From NCBI RefSeq assembly GCF_001194135.2, contig NC_068992.1, positions 8,102,628 to 8,166,627 on the forward strand: DNA of 64,000 nt, in the 5' to 3' direction. The number at the start of each line of letters is the position of its first letter. Positions within the stretch are counted from its first letter, which is position 1. Both the position numbers and the translations under genes were made by a program. Under the pieces are notes generated by a model. The model was not told the origin of the DNA. It was given only the letters and a program-made list of their open reading frames with translations, and did not search any database. Positions 54,108 through 60,800 of the stretch are shown piece by piece. The DNA comes from Octopus bimaculoides (Eukaryota).

Positions 54108-54791
54108 CACATTCATACATATACACATGTATATGTATATATATTATGATGTATGTGAATATAGATACACACATATATATGCATATTTTTTTTCTTTTGA
54201 AATTATAGCTATACGGTGTAGCAGACGCAAGGGTAGATTGTCTTTTTTTTCTATTTCTTAATAAACCTCAGCAGAATTGTAATCTGTAACTAAATTTTTT
54301 ATTTTTTTTTATTTTTAGGTTGGATACATTTTTTTTTTCCAATTTGGTTTGAAGTGAAGTGTTTAACAGTTAACCGTGTATCATTTGCATGTTGATTGAG
54401 TTTATATTTGAACTAATTAACACCATTTTTTAAAATTTAGCAGTTTTATTACTTGTTTCTGTGACTCAATAGATTTAAGTAGCTCGTTTAAGAGGTTGTA
54501 GCAGATGTTAATTAATAACTCAGCTATCATTTAACGGATACATGGTTCAAATTCCATCAGTGGATTTCTTGTTGCCCTCTTTCTGTCTAACATGATTTTA
54601 TATCTATTGTTATATTTGCCTGTGTGTGGTTTATTTGTAAAATGTGTATGTACCTGAGTGTTACTTGGATCAGGGTTAGATGAGTACTAGAATTGCTGTT
54701 TTCTATGATTTCATGTATATGTAACCACATAACATGTAAAGATTTTAAAAGGATGCGGTGTGGCATTTGAAAATTTAATATACTTACCTCT

Positions 54792-54830
<39 letters not shown>

Positions 54831-57800
54831 TTTTTTTTTCAACATATACAATTATTCTAGTGTGTGAGACTTTTTCATACAGTTTTAATTGATACTTACA
54901 TTAAAATATCATCAAATTACTAATATCTTTCACCTGCTGGTATGGGTTAGGTGAATATAAATTAATGAAGCTTTATTTTACTGCCAGATGTCCTTACTGC
55001 AGTTAATTATCCCCTGCTTTTCAAATCAGGGAGTTTCCATTCCACTGAATTTCAAAAACACCGAAGTAGTTGATGACTTATTGGCAGGAAAATGTCAATA
55101 CACATAACTGTCTGCAGCTCAGAGAATTTTCACATGTAGTGTAGACATGTAGGCTTGTGTGTGTGTGTGTGTGTGTTTGTGTGTACACACATGTGCAGAA
55201 TTTTGTTTAGTGTCCATTTATTAAATTCACTTAAACATTGGTCAACCCGTGGCTGCACAGTCAGGTAACCAGAAACCACATGGCTGGGAAGCAAAGTGCT
55301 TGGTCACACAACCATGCTTGTGGCTGCTGTAATATATATATATATATATATACGGAGATGTACTTGCATAGCAAGTGACCTGATCTGAGATCATGTGCTG
55401 GAACGAAAACAGTTGCAGCATGGAAGGTGTTTATAAGCCATTTAAAATAACACACAAAGACTGTTAGATTCACTTCAACATTTAAATTTAATTTGTCAAA
55501 ATATTTTTGTCGCTTTGAGACCGCGACCTGTTCACTGACAAAATTCTGTTCTATATATATATAAAAGAAATATTTGAAAAAAATGTCTCCAGTACATTGT
55601 TCATGGGATGGACTTCAGTCCAAATTACTTTAATTTAAAGTTACTAATGCATAGATATCCCTGTTTCCCTTTCTCTGAAGTCTTGAGGTTTTGAGTTTAT
55701 GTTTGAAGTTTAGTGAAAGAAAATCTGAATTTCTCTGTTGTCACCCATCCTGCTTGTTGTAGCAAACAAACTTTCCCTGCCAGAAATAACCGTTGAATTT
55801 TCTTCTAGTCAGACTTTGTCATCTTTAAAAATAGCTGGAGAGAGACATAAAATAATGTAGTCCTAGATAGGCTGGTCATTCCTGAAACACCCCTCATCCT
55901 ACGTCTTTTCAATCAGATCTGACCTGAGATTAAACAAGAAGAAAATATTGGCCACCATCGTGTAATAGTGAAAACTTAATAGACCTAATATGCAGTATTG
56001 TTCTCTCTCATGTTCCGCACTGCTTTACTGATACTTTAAAGAGAAGCATGAATATCTCTAAATCCAAGTTTCTCTCTTCCTATGTAGGAATTATTTTTAT
56101 CAAAGTCTTGCTCAATTATTGTAAATTAATATCAAAATTTAAATGAAATTATGTAATTCCACTAATCCTACTAAATTCAAGAATTTCTTCCTTTCTTTTG
56201 TTTGTGTTTCTATCTAATGTATATTTTGTACCTAATGTATGTAATTATTTTGGCCTTTTGGTAAAAAGGAAATTGCTCTTATTGTTATTATGTAATAATG
56301 AAGTGTTTAAAGAAGTAGTGTTCAAATAGAAAATATGCAAACCGCTTGGCAGAATGTGTCATAAATGTATTACGTTCTGCAACAAGATTTCTGTTGCATC
56401 CTTGAGCAAGACACTTAGCACTTCCTACCTTATCTAATTAAGAAACCATTATATTCATCATTGCAGTAATATATTACAAATTATTCTGGCTTCTATAGTT
56501 ATCTTCTGAATAATGTTTACTGATTGAGTTTGTATTCATTTCTATGCTGTCCATTTCAATAATTGAATTAGCTAAATTTTATTGATTTCCAATAATTATT
56601 GTTATTTCTTTTTCTTTTTTTTTTTGGTCGTTTGTTGTTTCAAAATACAATTCTTATTTTTTCTCTCTGTTTAATTATAAACCATCTTTGGAAATCATTG
56701 AAGAACCATTGTTAATACTGTTGTCTGTGTTGTCTTTGTCTTTGCAGTGGTTTGAAGAGAAACAGCAACAGGTTGAGGCATTGGACACTCAGCTTCAGAA
56801 GTTACATAGAAGTGTAGAAAACTTGGTGCAACAACGGAGAGGTGAGNNNNNNNNNNNNNNNNNNNNNNNNNNNNNNNNNNNNNNNNNNNNNNNNNNNNNN
56901 NNNNNNNNNNNNNNNNNNNNNNNNNNNNNNNNNNNNNNNNNNNGCGATGGTGTTGTTTTAATTTCAGTTTGACATTAGTTGAGCAAACTCTATGATCAAA
57001 GGTGTGCTAACTGTGACCAGCTAGCTTTTTTTTTTTTTTAATATTCTGCCAGTCATTATTATTATCATGATCATTGTTTAACATCCATTTCCCATGCTGG
57101 CATAGGTTGGATGGTTTGACAGAAGCTGACGAGGTGGCATGGTTTCTACTGCTGGATGCCCTTTTTAATGTCAGCCACCTTACAGTGTGTGTGCAAGGTG
57201 CTTTTCACATGCTACCTGCACAAGTGAATTTTACATGGCACCAGTATGAGTGCATTATGCATTTGCACTAGCACAAGTGCATTTTATGTAGCACTGGCTC
57301 CTGCAAGACAAAAACCTCTTGGCCAAGAGACGGAGTGGAGGCAATGGCCTTTATGGCCATGCCTGAATGTATGGGTTGTCAGGCACTGCAAATTGCCAGA
57401 AGTCTCAATCCTTTGTTATCTCCTTAGTGGGGCCCAGCATCAGAAGATCCTTTCTCACCAACAAACGTAATTTTTGGTTAAAACACTAAAAATCCAGTAA
57501 AGAGAAGGAAACACAACACCAGTAGACTCTGGGTAGCCAACTGTTAGAATAACTGATGCCACAATCCACATGCGTGTACAAACTTGCAAAAGAAATACTT
57601 CCTACACTAGAATAGTTGTCAAGATGTTAAATTGTAGAAAAAGAATTAGATGATGGTGCAGGCATGACTTTGTAGATATCAAATTTGCTTCATAGCGATG
57701 TTTTTTAGATTCTATCCTTCCACATAGCTTTCTGGGCAAGTGTCTTCTATCATAGTCTTGGATTAACCACAACCTTTGAGTGAAATTGGTTGATGGAAAC

Positions 57801-60800
57801 TATAAGGAAGCCCATTAAATGTATGAGTCTGTGAATGTTTACATTCCACATGTCCTTGCTGGACATCATGAGTAGAATAGTGATGTTATGTTTACATCCC
57901 TTTGTGCTGTTGATTTGTAAGTACAGGAAAATTTTGCCTCTGTAAGTGTTTGTACAACCCATACTAGCATGGAAAATTGAACATAAAATGAATGAAATGC
58001 CTTTATATTATGAAAGTTAAATTATTTTTGTTTGTTTTTTGTTATTCAGAGTTGTGTTTAAGCACTGGTCAATTTGCCAAAAGTGCTGCAATGTTGGGCA
58101 ATGCTGAAGAGCACACAGCTTTGTCACGGGCCCTGTCACAGTTAGCTGAGACTGAAGAGAAAGTAGAGCTGTTGCATAAAGATCAAGCCGACCAGGACTA
58201 CTATGTTATTTCGGAGCTGCTGAAGGATTACATCAACTTGATACAGTCAGTGAAGGTCTGTTATCTCTTTCATCAAATTGACTGATTGACTTTTTTTATG
58301 TGACAGTGTATTTTATGTTTGTTTGAACTTGAGTCATTATGCATTTGTTAGTGTACTTAAACCAATATTAATTGGTGCTTCTATGTGTGTGTATTTAGGT
58401 TAAGCTCCTTGGATCATAATCCTAAACTTCATGTTGTCAGTTATTGAAATATTTGAAGTAAAGAAGCAGCTATATAGGCAAAAATATTTGCAAACACATG
58501 AAGATACATCACAGAATCATCTGTTCAATTCTCATCTTTAGAACAAGTGAAATATTCATCTGTTGACATGAAAAATTGCATATTTCCATGCTTTCGGTAT
58601 CAAATATAAAACATGAAAGCAAAGAAAATAGTAATTGTTAGAGCAGTTTTAGTGTGGCTGAACAGATGATTTTTTTTTTTTAATTATATGCTTATTTGAT
58701 TCATCAACACTAAAACTTCATTATCAAAAGCTAATGAAGACTTGCAAATATATTTTTGCAAATGAATAGACAATTATTTCCTATGTGAATCTATGCTGTA
58801 CTTTTCTTTTTATTCTAATTATATAGCATGTTCTGCATATTGTAATTCAATAGATGAATGTGTGACTATTTTATAATGGTTTTACAGCAACCAACCAAAT
58901 GTAGCTAATGTAGGCTCATTCTGATGTGTTTGTGAATGTTTTTACTTACATATTATTGTTCCTACTCTAAACTGCTGTAAAATCAGTGTAACCCAGCTAT
59001 ATATTTCACTCTGAGAGAGAGAGCGAGCGAGTTTGTATGTATGTGACTGAGTTATTAATTTCATGTTTTTCTTTGTAATTCCTTCTGGAATTTAATCATA
59101 TTTGATATATTTTATCTCCAATTGCCAGGATGTTTTCCATGAACGTGTCAAATGTTATAAAAACTGGAAGGATGCTGAAGTGATGTTGGCCAGAAAACGA
59201 GAGAACAAGGCTCGTCTTGAAGTGGCCCATAAAACTGATAAATTATCTCAAGCCCAGCAAGAAATTACAGAGGTAAATCAAACTTAATAAATATTATCTT
59301 ACTTTACTTCTTACTTCATAAGATTATAGATGTATGTCAGAAATGGTTTTAGAGCTGTAGAATATAAGATGGGCTTTCAGTTTCTATGTACTAAGTTCAG
59401 TCTGAAGGCTTTGGCTATACTAGAAGACACCTGCCCCTAATGCTATGCTGTGGTACTGAACCTGAGACAGAGCTTTGCGCTCTTTGAGTGCTCTTGTTGA
59501 TTAACTTCATTGAAAGATTGGCTGGAAAAGTTCCTTAGAGACCCCCTAAAAATCAAGAGGTAAACTATAGCATTAAATGGAAATTGGTTTGTGTCACTAA
59601 ACCGTACAGGCAAGATATTGTTCTCAAATCTCCTACCTTTCCTCTACAGAAGTTCTGAACTAACCTCAAGCTGTATACATAAATATGTATGCTAAAATAT
59701 TTTAAGTTATTTATAAGTTACTGAAGAATATAAACTTCATATGTCAGTATATCCACCCCACCAAGAAAATTAAGTAAAATAAACTATATTTATATATTCA
59801 ATATACAGACAGTTTTACTTCTGAAGAAGGTTTATTGGTATATACAATTTCTGTGTAATCTATATTAATTAAACTGTAAAGAACTTTCATGATTAATAAT
59901 GCATCTCATAATTAATTCAATATAATATACACACCACTGATAGTCTAATTCTTATTCTATTATAATATTGGCTCATTTCCCCAATATTTAAAGCAATATA
60001 TCATTTTATTATCTTAAAAACATACCCGTACCTGCATATATTTATATCAACAATATCACTGAATCCTCTACTATAAATTTCTTTCTTGGCGCTTTTGTTT
60101 TTAACTTGATGGCCTTTTCTAAAAAAAGACCTTTAGATCTTGGATCTCAGTGTAATGCATCACCATTACATCAAGCTCATTTATATTTAATGTGATTCTT
60201 TCAAACTTTGTGATTTATAAATGAATTCACCAATTCAAATCTGCTGCTGAATGTAACATTCTTCACCTTACTACACATAATGTAATTATCTAATTTGAGA
60301 TTGTGCAATGCAAGGACAAAGCATATTATACATACACCGGTTCTTATTTCACACAGTTCTTTACTTTCACTGTGCTATTTAATTATCTGACATTCAATGT
60401 TATTTTCTATTACACTTCTTCTCAAAAATATATCATCATCGTCCTCATCATTGTCTTTTTCCATGATTTGCATGAGTCGGACAGAATTTGTTGAGGCAAA
60501 TTTTCTATGACTGGATATCCTTCCTCTTGCCAAATCCCACCTGTTTCCAAACAGGGTAATATTTTCCCAAGGCCAGACCTGTATTTCATGAAAGACTAGA
60601 AACAAACAATCTTGCTTGTATGACAATGTTGCTCATTTATAATCATGTGATGTCTAATCAAGGATACACATGCATGCGCACACATGTACATACATACTTA
60701 TATATATATATACACACACACACACACATACTTATATATACATTATATATATACATATTTATATAATGGACTTCTTTCAGTTTCTGTCTATCAAATCCAC

